Positions 1 through 8,661 of a stretch of 21,485 bases of DNA are shown piece by piece; position 1 is the stretch's first letter, and the number at the start of each line of letters is the position of its first letter. The position numbers and the translations under genes were made by a program. Origin of the DNA: Pseudobacteriovorax sp. (GTDB lineage: Bacteria > Bdellovibrionota_B > Oligoflexia > Oligoflexales > Oligoflexaceae); contig JBNKNM010000083.1 of NCBI GenBank assembly GCA_050293845.1, positions 1-21,485 of the forward strand, in the 5' to 3' direction. Under the pieces are notes generated by a model. It was given only the letters and a program-made list of their open reading frames with translations, was not told where the DNA came from and ran no database searches.

Positions 1-1
1 A

Positions 2-1405
2 GGTTTAGCAATGGTAAAAAGGTTTGTTGATTTAATGGAAGGAAGTATTCAGTTAAAGTCAAAAATTAATGGCGGATCTACTTTTGTCATTACTCTAAAA
101 AGTCAAAACGATGTTACTTTGAAAAATGCATCCACTGAAGATACTATAAATCAAACAGTTATTGAACAAAGCGAAGCTGGCGATAAATCCAGTAGAGAGG
201 GCCTAACTATTGCATTGGATCAGCCCTATAAGATCTTGATTATTGATGATAATGAAATCAACTGTGATGTGGCAAAAGATATCCTGACATCTTATGGTTA
301 TCCAGTTACGGTAGCTCTCAGTGGCCGAGAAGGACTTAATAAAGCTAAAAAAGAACTACCGGACTTGATCCTATTGGATTTGATGATGCCTGAATTTTCG
401 GGAGAAGATGTTATAAAGGTATTAAAAAACGATCCTCAATTGAGAGCGATTCCGGTAATCCTATTAACAGCGCGTGCTTCCCAGGAAGATCGCATATATG
501 GTTTAAAACTAGGAGCAGATGATTATCTGGCAAAACCTATCTATAGTGAAGAGATGATATTACGGGTTGCAAACACTCTGACCCGCTTAGAGCTGGTTAG
601 AACTAAGGCAGAAACGGCAGCCATCGAAATGACTCTGGCTCAGGCTCAGGAGCATGATTCTTTACGTGAAACCGATAGTAAACTACCCATGGTGGAAATG
701 ATCGACTACTATCAGCAAGCAGATATATCTGGTGGCGATTGGTTTGGAGTCAGCTTTCACGAGGAAACTGGCCGTCTTTACGTACTGCTAGGAGACGTAA
801 CCGGACACGGTATGAAGTCAGCTTTTGTGACATTAACAGCGGCTGGAGCATTTCGGGCTAGTCTATCAATGATAGAGAGGAAAGGTAATCACTACACACT
901 TGAAGAATCTTTGCAGATTCTTACAGAATCGATGAATGAAGCTATCATTGATGCCGATCGCAAAATTCAATTGAATATGACAATGGCCTTTATCTGTTTG
1001 GATGTGAATAGTGGCGAGGGGGCATACCAGAATGCAGGTCACCGAGAAGTTTTGCTACGTCGTCAAAATGCTATTGAAAACTTATTTATTCCTGGATTAC
1101 CCTTAGGATCTAACAAGAATCCTGGAATTAGTAAAAGATCATTCAAGATGCATCCGGGAGATGTGCTTATGATGTATACAGATGGCCTTATAGAAAATAG
1201 AGGGCCAGGAGGCGAGAGACTCAAAATTAAAACGATGCGTCAAATTTTTGAAGGTTGCGATGACATTCATGCTCTAAAAGATAAGTTTATTGATTCCTGC
1301 CAAATCGCCTGGCAAACGGCCCCCGCTCAAGATGACTATACTTTTCTTCTAATCAAGTGGTTAGGTAGTAAAGAGTTAACTAAAGCTATAAAGAAGGCCC
1401 TTTAG
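2..1405 (+). CDS. Hybrid sensor histidine kinase (HATPase_c tail) - receiver - PP2C/SpoIIE phosphatase fusion; 5' end lies outside the window
   Basis: The frame is open from base 2 (G-L-A-M-V-K-R-F-V-D-L-M-E-G...GGSTF, the G2 box and end of HATPase_c). REC motifs: IIDD, LLDLMMP, LLTA, AKP. PP2C motifs: GGDW, GDVTGHG, YTDGL, DDYT. Confidence 0.9.
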   Translation, partial: GLAMVKRFVDLMEGSIQLKSKINGGSTFVITLKSQNDVTLKNASTEDTINQTVIEQSEAGDKSSREGLTIALDQPYKILIIDDNEINCDVAKDILTSYGYPVTVALSGREGLNKAKKELPDLILLDLMMPEFSGEDVIKVLKNDPQLRAIPVILLTARASQEDRIYGLKLGADDYLAKPIYSEEMILRVANTLTRLELVRTKAETAAIEMTLAQAQEHDSLRETDSKLPMVEMIDYYQQADISGGDWFGVSFHEETGRLYVLLGDVTGHGMKSAFVTLTAAGAFRASLSMIERKGNHYTLEESLQILTESMNEAIIDADRKIQLNMTMAFICLDVNSGEGAYQNAGHREVLLRRQNAIENLFIPGLPLGSNKNPGISKRSFKMHPGDVLMMYTDGLIENRGPGGERLKIKTMRQIFEGCDDIHALKDKFIDSCQIAWQTAPAQDDYTFLLIKWLGSKELTKAIKKAL

Positions 1406-1795
1406 CCTTCCTAGTCAGAATTTGAAAATCATAATAGGCGATGAAACGATAATAACCTGCTATCTATTTTCCTTAGAAAAACGAAAATTAATTGAACGTT
1501 TGATGAAAGCATTCCGGGCTAGTCAGTTTTTTGTCCGTGGTGAAATTTATGATGAATTGGCAATATGTGAGTAGGAATTGGGCAATTATGAGAAGGTTTT
1601 AGCGCTCTTCAGTGAGAGAGATTCTTCATAGTTTAATAGGAAAAGTATCTTTGATTAGCTGCTATGGTTTTATATATAATCACTATAATTTTCTATAAAA
1701 TAAACTACATTTAACTAAGTCAACTATTGGTTGTATTCTGATATGAATTAAGCCAAACTAGGGTACTGTTAATACTCCTTACATAAGGATAAATC

Positions 1796-2302
1796 ATGAA
1801 GCGATGGCTAATACTACTATTCTTGTTCTCAACACATCAGGCTTATGGAGCTAAAAACTACTGCGGTAGCCCTGAATTTAAAGGGTTTGATTTTTGGCTT
1901 GGCTCATGGGATGTTAAAACTAAAGACAATAAAACTGCTGGAAAGAATGTGATTAAAAGGGTGAATCCTTGTCTTATTCTGGAGAGTTGGCTAGGAGCTA
2001 AAGGTCTTAAAGGATCAAGTATAAATTACTATGAGACTAAGCTCAAAAAGTGGGTGCAGCACTGGGTGAGCGGAGATGGTACCATCATACACTTGGCTGG
2101 GAATGCGAAACAAAACACGATGAAAATGGAAGGGACAATTTTTTATGCAAAGAGTGGAAAGACGTTTCCATTTCGAGGCGAGTGGATGCTGTTAGCTGAT
2201 AAAAGGGTTCGACAATATTTTGAGCAGCAAGATTTAGCGTCTAAGCAATGGAAACCATGGTTTGAAGGTTTTTATACTAAAACAGGAAAATCTAGCCATT
2301 AA
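1796..2302 (+). CDS. Secreted conserved hypothetical protein (DUF1579-like beta-barrel)
   Basis: Signal peptide MKRWLILLFLFSTHQAYG; FDFWLGSWDV, ILESW, WVQHWV and WFEGFY motifs recalled from this family; TAAGGA upstream of the ATG. Confidence 0.65.
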   Translation: MKRWLILLFLFSTHQAYGAKNYCGSPEFKGFDFWLGSWDVKTKDNKTAGKNVIKRVNPCLILESWLGAKGLKGSSINYYETKLKKWVQHWVSGDGTIIHLAGNAKQNTMKMEGTIFYAKSGKTFPFRGEWMLLADKRVRQYFEQQDLASKQWKPWFEGFYTKTGKSSH

Positions 2303-2488
2303 GTCTAGTAGAAGAGTATGAGGGGGTCAGGGATTTTGCCTTAACCTCTATCTTGCTAGCGCATTTGGCTAATAGGATTGACGGCAAAAAGGTCTGCTTT
2401 TCTGTCAGAATTCTACTCTTTTTTCGAGGTAATTTTTATTTGATTTCAGGTCATTAGAGTTAGCTGCCGGATTTGATGAATAAAAAGC

Positions 2489-2515
2489 TAAATAAAATCA
2501 TCCTACTGTCGAATA
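2489..2515 (+). promoter_or_regulatory. Candidate sigma-28 (FliA)-type promoter
   Basis: TAAA (2489-2492) - N15 - GTCGAATA (2508-2515), compared with consensus TAAA-N15-GCCGATAA. Confidence 0.35.
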
Positions 2516-2629
2516 TGGTGATAATACTACCTTTAGCCTACCTTTATTTAGGTAAGCTGTGTGATTGAAGAAATAGAGGGATGAAACTCAGAATGTCTAG
2601 CCAAAGCTCGCTAGTCAGGAGGGAGCCCT

Positions 2630-3445
2630 ATGAAAATCACAACAGTAAAATGCAATATCAAAAAGTTACCTGATAAGAAAAAGGATGAGCTTGTCCGTGG
2701 GCTTTATCAAGTCTTCACGGAGAGCTGGGAAGGGTATTCAGAAAACGATTTCCGAGGATATTTCTTTTCCGATTCCTACAGTGAAGATCACGCTTATTTA
2801 TATTATCACGATAAAACCCTTATAGGCTATGTACTCATTAGGTTACTTCCTATTGATGTGGATAATGCTCCCAGTGCGGTCATGCGAATTTCAGCAAATG
2901 TTTTACCAGACTATATTGGTTTTAATCTAACTGCTCCTGCACTGTTTAAGGAGGGGGGACGGCTATTCTTAAAAAGTGTCTTTCAAAAGCGAAAATTCTA
3001 TGTGTTTTTTACGGCTAATAGCCCTGCATCCTATTGTGCGGTGATAAACCGTACACTTATAGCCTACCCTTCGCCTTACATGCGAACTCCTCCCCATGTT
3101 GCCAGAGTATCCCGCGAGTTGGGTCAAAAGCTAAAGTTTTGCCCCGATCTCCAGGACCCTTTTAAATGCCACTTTTCTGGTGTTAGAGTGAGTCAGGTGA
3201 TGCAAAAAAAGTTTGACAGCCAAACTAATAGTGTTTCACGTTTTTTTGATGAATATTGTCCCCAGTATCGTACTGGAGACGCTTTGATAGTGATTATGCC
3301 ATTAACTCTTCTCCTAGGTTTTGCTGAATTAGCAAATCAGCTATTTCGTTTGGTTTTGGGTAGTGTTACCCGCTTCTACCGTAGGCGGGTACAAAGATTT
3401 AGGCATCAAATTGAGGGTGAATTGATGCGGGAGAATAAGATTTGA
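2630..3445 (+). CDS. Hypothetical protein, probable GNAT-like acyltransferase fold
   Basis: Strong SD (AGGAGGGAG). The pattern YLYYHDKTLIGY...NVLPDYIGFNLT resembles a degenerate GNAT motif A (V.P.YRG.G). Confidence 0.45.
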   Translation: MKITTVKCNIKKLPDKKKDELVRGLYQVFTESWEGYSENDFRGYFFSDSYSEDHAYLYYHDKTLIGYVLIRLLPIDVDNAPSAVMRISANVLPDYIGFNLTAPALFKEGGRLFLKSVFQKRKFYVFFTANSPASYCAVINRTLIAYPSPYMRTPPHVARVSRELGQKLKFCPDLQDPFKCHFSGVRVSQVMQKKFDSQTNSVSRFFDEYCPQYRTGDALIVIMPLTLLLGFAELANQLFRLVLGSVTRFYRRRVQRFRHQIEGELMRENKI

Positions 3446-3543
3446 TCCTAGGCTTTCCTCTGCCGTTGCCAAAATCCCTTTTCATCGCAATCTTCATAGG
3501 TTAGACTGGAGCCTAGAGTAAGTGTACGCGAGGAACAGAGTCG

Positions 3544-4971
3544 ATGCAGACCATAAAGCACCAGCCAATTACTACACGAGTAAAAGCTAGGAAAATTAAT
3601 GAAGATAAGATGATTTATGGAACCTTTGCAGAGATTGGGGCGGGACTGGAAGTCGCTTCCGCTTTTTTTAGAGCCGGAGGTGCGTCGGGAACAGTTGCCA
3701 AAACTATGTCAGCTTATGATATGACTTTTTCTGATACTATCTATGGTCGAGAAGAATCGGGACGTTATGTTATAGAGAATAGACTCCATAAAATGCTCGA
3801 CCGTGAATTCAAATTACTCTTGGAGCGCATTGGCGAAAAGATGTCAGATAGGCGCTTTTTTGTTTTTGCTGATACGGTTGCTACTAAATCCCCTAAACGA
3901 GGGCGGCCAGGTCATGGCTGGTTAGGTTGCGCGTTTCAGAAGGAGTTGGGGGGACCTATCCAAAAAATTGTACTTCATGTACATCTATTTGAGTCTCTCA
4001 TCGAATCTCAGCAAAACCTCATTGGAGTACTTGGCGTTAATCTGCTCTACGGTGCTTTTTATTTCAGCGATGACTTAACGCAGCTTCTCGAAAGCCTTAT
4101 GGATGGTCTGGTGGGGCGAAAGTTTCAGGTTGATGTATTTAAGGTCGAAGGTTCTCATTTTCAAGATGAGGATAATCGTCTCTTGAGCATCCAACTTATC
4201 TCTCTGGGCTTGTCCAATGCAATACTGTTCAATGAGCAAGGAAAAATAGAATCAGTTTCTGATCGATTTTATAATCAGTCGGTTGTGGTGGGACGCGGAA
4301 GTTTTCGCCCTCCTACCAAGCAGACTTACGATATGTTAGTCAAGGGACAGGAGCAATTAGGACCTCTGGGTGAAGACGATGCATCATTACCGATATGCGA
4401 AATCTCCTATAACAACCTCTTGAAGCGAGAAGATACTTGTGATCATGACTTTATTTTTCGCCTAGAACTACTGTCCGCAATGAGAATACCTACCCTCATA
4501 TCAAACTTTGCCTACCATTACCGGCTGTCTGAATATCTCTCAATGTTTACCAGTAATCAGGTTGTGTTTGCTGTGGGTCTTGATACTCTAGTAGAGTTAT
4601 TTAAAGAGGAGTATTATAAGGAATTGCCGGGAGGTATATTAGAAGCCATGGGAAGGCTATTTAAGCAAAGAGTGAAGATTTTTGTTTATCCCTCTTTAGA
4701 TGATAAAGGTAAGATGCAAACTAGTAAGAACTTGCACCTTCCCCCCCATTTGAAATTCTTGTTCGAGTCCTTGGCCTGTCAGCAATTGATTCAAGATTAT
4801 AAGGATATAGATCCTCATGTACTAGCTTATCACTCCCATGAAATCTTGGAAAAAATCAGAATTGGCGATCCTGACTGGCGCGAAGGTGTGCTTCCAGAAG
4901 TTGCTGCGCTGATTGATCGTACTGGAAACCAAGTACAATGGAAATTTGATGGGTCGGAAATCAGCCATTAA
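3544..4971 (+). CDS. Conserved nicotinate/nicotinamide mononucleotide adenylyltransferase-like protein (CinA-like N-terminal domain plus nucleotidyltransferase fold)
   Basis: N-terminal IYGTFAEIGAG...FFRAGGASGTVAKTMSAYDMTFSD.IYG family signature; GSFRPPT sits at the GSF.P.H.GH position; NadD-like C-terminus SHEILEKIRIGDPDWREGVLPEVAALI. Confidence 0.7.
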   Translation: MQTIKHQPITTRVKARKINEDKMIYGTFAEIGAGLEVASAFFRAGGASGTVAKTMSAYDMTFSDTIYGREESGRYVIENRLHKMLDREFKLLLERIGEKMSDRRFFVFADTVATKSPKRGRPGHGWLGCAFQKELGGPIQKIVLHVHLFESLIESQQNLIGVLGVNLLYGAFYFSDDLTQLLESLMDGLVGRKFQVDVFKVEGSHFQDEDNRLLSIQLISLGLSNAILFNEQGKIESVSDRFYNQSVVVGRGSFRPPTKQTYDMLVKGQEQLGPLGEDDASLPICEISYNNLLKREDTCDHDFIFRLELLSAMRIPTLISNFAYHYRLSEYLSMFTSNQVVFAVGLDTLVELFKEEYYKELPGGILEAMGRLFKQRVKIFVYPSLDDKGKMQTSKNLHLPPHLKFLFESLACQQLIQDYKDIDPHVLAYHSHEILEKIRIGDPDWREGVLPEVAALIDRTGNQVQWKFDGSEISH

Positions 4972-5022
4972 TCTTGAAAACTGAAGCTAATAAACTAATT
5001 TTACGTGAATTATAATTCCTAT

Positions 5023-5050
5023 TAAACTCCTGATTTTTTGTTGTCGATCT
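5023..5050 (+). promoter_or_regulatory. Candidate sigma-28 (FliA)-type promoter
   Basis: TAAA (5023-5026) - N16 - GTCGATCT (5043-5050), about 30 nt before the start codon. Confidence 0.35.
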
Positions 5051-5082
5051 TAATTATAAGCATTTCAATATCAGGAGTGAGC

Positions 5083-6153
5083 ATGCATATGAAATCAGGG
5101 ATGACTTCCCTATGCCTATTATTGATTATGGGCTGTGCTCAAGAAGAAGCAGCGATGCAAGGTTCGGAGCCCCATAACAAGCGTAGCCTACAGGGACAAG
5201 TGCTTTCAGCTAGCGCAAAGGCCGAACAAGGCTCTACAGACCAAGAGAGTACCGTGCAGCATGGGTCCGCGACAACGAGAGAGACCCTAGGGGACATGGG
5301 TGAAGTTTTTGTGGACGAACAAGATGAAGAAACAATACATGATCAAAGCGATACTGATGTAGTTGATGATGCTAAACAGTCTCCCCCTTTGCCTTTTATC
5401 TGTAGTAGTTCCGCGCAAATTCTAAAATCTCGCGAGAGTTACCAATTTATCTGGCAGATCCCAGAAGGATTATCTGAGTTTCAAGTTGCGCTAAGTTCGG
5501 ATAATCCTAATCTCCTAGGAGAAGTTGTTATAGACGATATAGGCAAAGCAAGCTATTTATCTCCTGGGAGTATCAGCCAAGAGACGAATATCACTTTAAA
5601 GGGGACCCTTGAAGATGGGAGTGAAGCGGACTGTCATTTAAAGTTACAAGCTGATGAAGATTTAGGGGTTAAGGATAATGGGCTTATAAATGGTGTGGTG
5701 GGCAATGTTTATCAACTCCCCGAAAATACCTATTACTTGCCTGACTTTAGCTTAATGCAGCCTGTGACCAGTATTGTTTCCACAAACTTGGATGTACCGG
5801 AAAGAGTTTTCTCTTCTGGATTTCCCGGATTACCTTATTTGTTTGAGTGGTTTGGGATATCATATAAGGGTATCATTAAGATACCTGCGGATGGAGAATA
5901 TACTTTCAAACTTATCTCTGACGACGGAGCGATTTTTTATCTTAATGGACAAAAGGTTATCGACAATGATGGGGTGCATGCTATTAGCGAGCGTACCGTA
6001 ACATTAAGCCTAACGGCCGGAGATATGAGTTTTACCGTTGATTACTTCCAGGGGCCACGCTACTATATAGCTTTACAATTGATGTGGATGGTACCTGAGT
6101 CTAGCGAGTTCACTGTTATAGCTAAGGAATATCTAGGCCGTCCAAAACCTTAA
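5083..6153 (+). CDS. Lipoprotein with C-terminal PA14 domain
   Basis: SD AGGAG at 5073-5077 favours ATG 5083 (or 5089) over TTG 5038. Lipobox LLIMG-C; acidic linker; PA14 motifs EWFGISYKGIIKIPADGEYTFKLISDDGA, VIDNDGVH, YFQGP. Confidence 0.85.
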   Translation: MHMKSGMTSLCLLLIMGCAQEEAAMQGSEPHNKRSLQGQVLSASAKAEQGSTDQESTVQHGSATTRETLGDMGEVFVDEQDEETIHDQSDTDVVDDAKQSPPLPFICSSSAQILKSRESYQFIWQIPEGLSEFQVALSSDNPNLLGEVVIDDIGKASYLSPGSISQETNITLKGTLEDGSEADCHLKLQADEDLGVKDNGLINGVVGNVYQLPENTYYLPDFSLMQPVTSIVSTNLDVPERVFSSGFPGLPYLFEWFGISYKGIIKIPADGEYTFKLISDDGAIFYLNGQKVIDNDGVHAISERTVTLSLTAGDMSFTVDYFQGPRYYIALQLMWMVPESSEFTVIAKEYLGRPKP

Positions 6154-6778
6154 AATAAGTCATTTTTTTGTAAATCATTTCCAATCCATCGCGAGATGGT
6201 TGGTTACAGTGAAAGGGGATTCTCCGCCAGCGAGGGTCCTCTTTTTTTATTGTAGAGGGAGGATGATGTTGCCACCAGTATCCTTTGAGTATAGGGGTGC
6301 AAGACAGAAATATATCCTCAATGGGGGGATTAACTTGTCGCAAGAATCCATCCAAGCAATGATTAATATCTAAGAAAAACTTTTTAGTTTGCTGTAATCG
6401 TATACGGGAACCTAGCCGCGACTTGCCCTTTTGTTTGAGATAGCTAAGCTGGGATTTACCCTGGCTCTTTCTGACCATATACCGGTTTAGAACTTTGTAA
6501 GCTACCACATTATGATTCATAATATGAGCTATAATGGCTTGTCCTGCGCGCACGATCAAGAAAAGCACAGATGGACCTTCGTTGATTTTAGTGATGAGGC
6601 TATTTTTATTAATGCGCATTCCTTTTTGAAAAAACAGTGGGGGGATTGTATAAATTTTCTGCGTGGGAATCCCCGTCAAATTAAGATAAGGGATGTCACT
6701 TTCCCATATTATCTCCACATTTTTTGAATATAAATAGGGTAAGACTTGTATGAGAGTTGATGAGCAAATATTAGTCAT
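6122..6778 (-). CDS. Bacterial Vms1/ANKZF1-like release factor 1 (VLRF1 family, Bacteroidetes-type) peptidyl-tRNA release protein
   Basis: RNase H-fold eRF1-superfamily pattern LFLIVRAGQAIIA...YKVLNRYMVRKSQGKSQ...KGKSRLGSRIRL...FF...IFLSC...DPRWRRIPF, parallel to Vms1/ANKZF1 HKTFHRYT.R.KQGG.Q...SAG..LRR...IF...D.R...IP. ATG 6778 has SD GAGG 6 nt upstream. Confidence 0.82.
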   Translation of the reverse strand: MTNICSSTLIQVLPYLYSKNVEIIWESDIPYLNLTGIPTQKIYTIPPLFFQKGMRINKNSLITKINEGPSVLFLIVRAGQAIIAHIMNHNVVAYKVLNRYMVRKSQGKSQLSYLKQKGKSRLGSRIRLQQTKKFFLDINHCLDGFLRQVNPPIEDIFLSCTPILKGYWWQHHPPSTIKKEDPRWRRIPFHCNQPSRDGLEMIYKKMTYFKVLDGLDIP

Positions 6779-6799
6779 GAAAAGCCTCAAGAGGGTAAT

Positions 6800-7414
6800 A
6801 TGATCGGTCGAGCCTGGGAAGGATGGCAATTATGGGCACAAAGTTCAAGGCCGGGAGATCTACTGAAGGCGCAGAAGGAGCGACTTGGTCAGCTATTTCC
6901 AGAGCTTGAAGCTATTATGATGACACCTCAAGATAAGGAATTTCATCCTGAGGGTGATGTTTGGATACACACCTACCTTGTATGCAATGCGGCAGCAACT
7001 ATTGCGCAGGAGATGGGTTTCTCAAGGGAGGAAAGAACAATTTTACTGCTAGCATCCCTGTGTCATGACTTGGGCAAGGCTACTACCACAGAGCTTGTTG
7101 ATGGCCGTATCAAATCTCATAAGCACTGTTCGGTAGGAGTCAGAATAAGTGAGGTGTTTCTTAATAAAATTTCATGCCCTAATCCCTTTATTTTAAAAAT
7201 TTTACCCTTGGTAAAAGAGCACTTATTCCATGCAAGCCTTGTAGATGTGACTCCTCGCATAGTCAGCAGATTGTTACGTCGGCTGCATCCAGCCCCGTAT
7301 CATTTGTTGCATGCCTTGGTACTGGCCGATCTTTCCGGAAGACCTCCTTTGCCTTTGCAAGTACCTTCTGTTCTTAGGCAGGTAGAGAGGCTGGTTGGGA
7401 AGAGGAAGTGCTAA
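6800..7414 (+). CDS. Stand-alone HD-domain phosphohydrolase homologous to the C-terminal part of multifunctional CCA-adding enzymes; no nucleotidyltransferase domain
   Basis: LFPEL....PQDKEFHPEGDVWIHT...LLLASLCHDLGKATT...HKH..VG...LVKEHL...AD..GR. An in-frame TGA at 6761-6763 excludes an N-terminal extension. SD GAGG at 6791-6794. Confidence 0.85.
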   Translation: MIGRAWEGWQLWAQSSRPGDLLKAQKERLGQLFPELEAIMMTPQDKEFHPEGDVWIHTYLVCNAAATIAQEMGFSREERTILLLASLCHDLGKATTTELVDGRIKSHKHCSVGVRISEVFLNKISCPNPFILKILPLVKEHLFHASLVDVTPRIVSRLLRRLHPAPYHLLHALVLADLSGRPPLPLQVPSVLRQVERLVGKRKC

Positions 7415-7646
7415 TATTCATTTCAAAAAATGAATGATTATTTCTATAGAAATATCTAAAAACAATGAAAATTACGCAAAATATACCATGATAAGTATTT
7501 AAAAATAAATAAGTAAATGGGATTATTGGGCTTAGATCTTCGAGTGTCCGATAAGTTTCAAAAGATGGGGAATAATTTTTATCACGGAGCTGAAAACGCG
7601 ATTTTTTTCACATCCGGTTAACACATGTGGGGAGCTGACCATAACC

Positions 7647-8522
7647 ATGTTGAGAATATTTGCCTTGCTTACTCTAGTCATAGGGTGTCAATCGGGGAAG
7701 GTCCCAGGCAGGTTCGACGCAGGTGAGTCTAAAGGTAAGCAATTAGATGCAAGTGGGCACCTTGGGACCAGCAATAAAGTTGGAGCGCAGGATGAGGAGC
7801 GAACGGACCAGATTATAGTCAGAATCCCTGAAGAGGATCGCTATGAAATTATAGCCGGTGAACCACAAGAGGTATCACTTGCCTTTAGAAGCTGTCGCTC
7901 CGCTCTGGAAAGTCAGCCTGAAGCGAAAAGCGGCATTTATAAACTCTATTATATGGACGAGTCCGGAGAGTTTGTAAAGATAGATGCATACTGTGATATG
8001 GAGACCGCAGGAGGGGCGTGGGCTCTGGCTCTCAACTATGTCCATGGTGCTGATACGAATCCTCCTTTGGTCGTTCGCACCGATTCCTTTCCCTTACTGG
8101 GTCCCGGTGTCTTAGGGGACAATGAGCAAGATACAAAATTTTTTGGTCATGTTTCGCCTGGTTTAGCAGCTGAGTTTAATTTCGAGGAAATCCGCTTTTC
8201 CTGCCAGAGCGAGGGGAATGATCGGATGATTCATATCAAAACTAGCGATCTAGGATGCATTGCATACTTCAAAACAGGGGAAGGAAATTGCTACGGGGTA
8301 GCCGAGAACTTTACGCCTTTGGATGAACATGAAGCGTCATTACCCGCGTCTCAAGATGATAGGGCAGGCTCTGATCGCGGAGATGAAGCCATGACTGGAG
8401 CTACCTTTCGCAGCAATGCTGGCTTTCGTCATTGGTCTATCAATGATGACGGAGATTGGGAGTGCGATGACGACCCCGATGATGCCGATAACGCTACAAT
8501 CCACAGAATCTGGTTTAGATAA
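7647..8522 (+). CDS. Lipoprotein with fibrinogen-like (YCDxxxxGGGW-type) domain
   Basis: Lipobox LVIG-C; FRSCRS...SGIYKL...AYCDMETAGGAW; Asp-rich C-terminus WECDDDPDDAD...HRIWFR. Confidence 0.8.
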   Translation: MLRIFALLTLVIGCQSGKVPGRFDAGESKGKQLDASGHLGTSNKVGAQDEERTDQIIVRIPEEDRYEIIAGEPQEVSLAFRSCRSALESQPEAKSGIYKLYYMDESGEFVKIDAYCDMETAGGAWALALNYVHGADTNPPLVVRTDSFPLLGPGVLGDNEQDTKFFGHVSPGLAAEFNFEEIRFSCQSEGNDRMIHIKTSDLGCIAYFKTGEGNCYGVAENFTPLDEHEASLPASQDDRAGSDRGDEAMTGATFRSNAGFRHWSINDDGDWECDDDPDDADNATIHRIWFR

Positions 8523-8661
8523 CAAAGAAGGAAACGTATAACTGATACGATATTGTTTTCAGGCTGCTAATTTTATTAAGAGTTTACAATCCCTCCTTAT
8601 TTACCGTTCCCTTTTTCCGATGACCTAAACTCATAGAACAACTGTGGTAACGAAGCAAAAT

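Noticed and set aside
1422..1574. 50-codon TTG-start ORF, containing a 16/17 match (1508-1524) to 847-863 of the upstream gene
   Set aside because: No RBS or recognisable motif; a single short match is too weak to support a duplication or regulatory RNA.
3544..4971. TonB-dependent receptor label recalled for this family
   Set aside because: No signal peptide, plug or beta-barrel pattern; the sequence looks like a cytoplasmic alpha/beta protein.
6800..7414. HD gene as a full cca, or as a frameshifted cca pseudogene
   Set aside because: No nucleotidyltransferase motifs upstream (that DNA encodes VLRF1 on the other strand). It has its own RBS and intact HD ligands, so a stand-alone protein is more likely; a remnant cannot be fully excluded.
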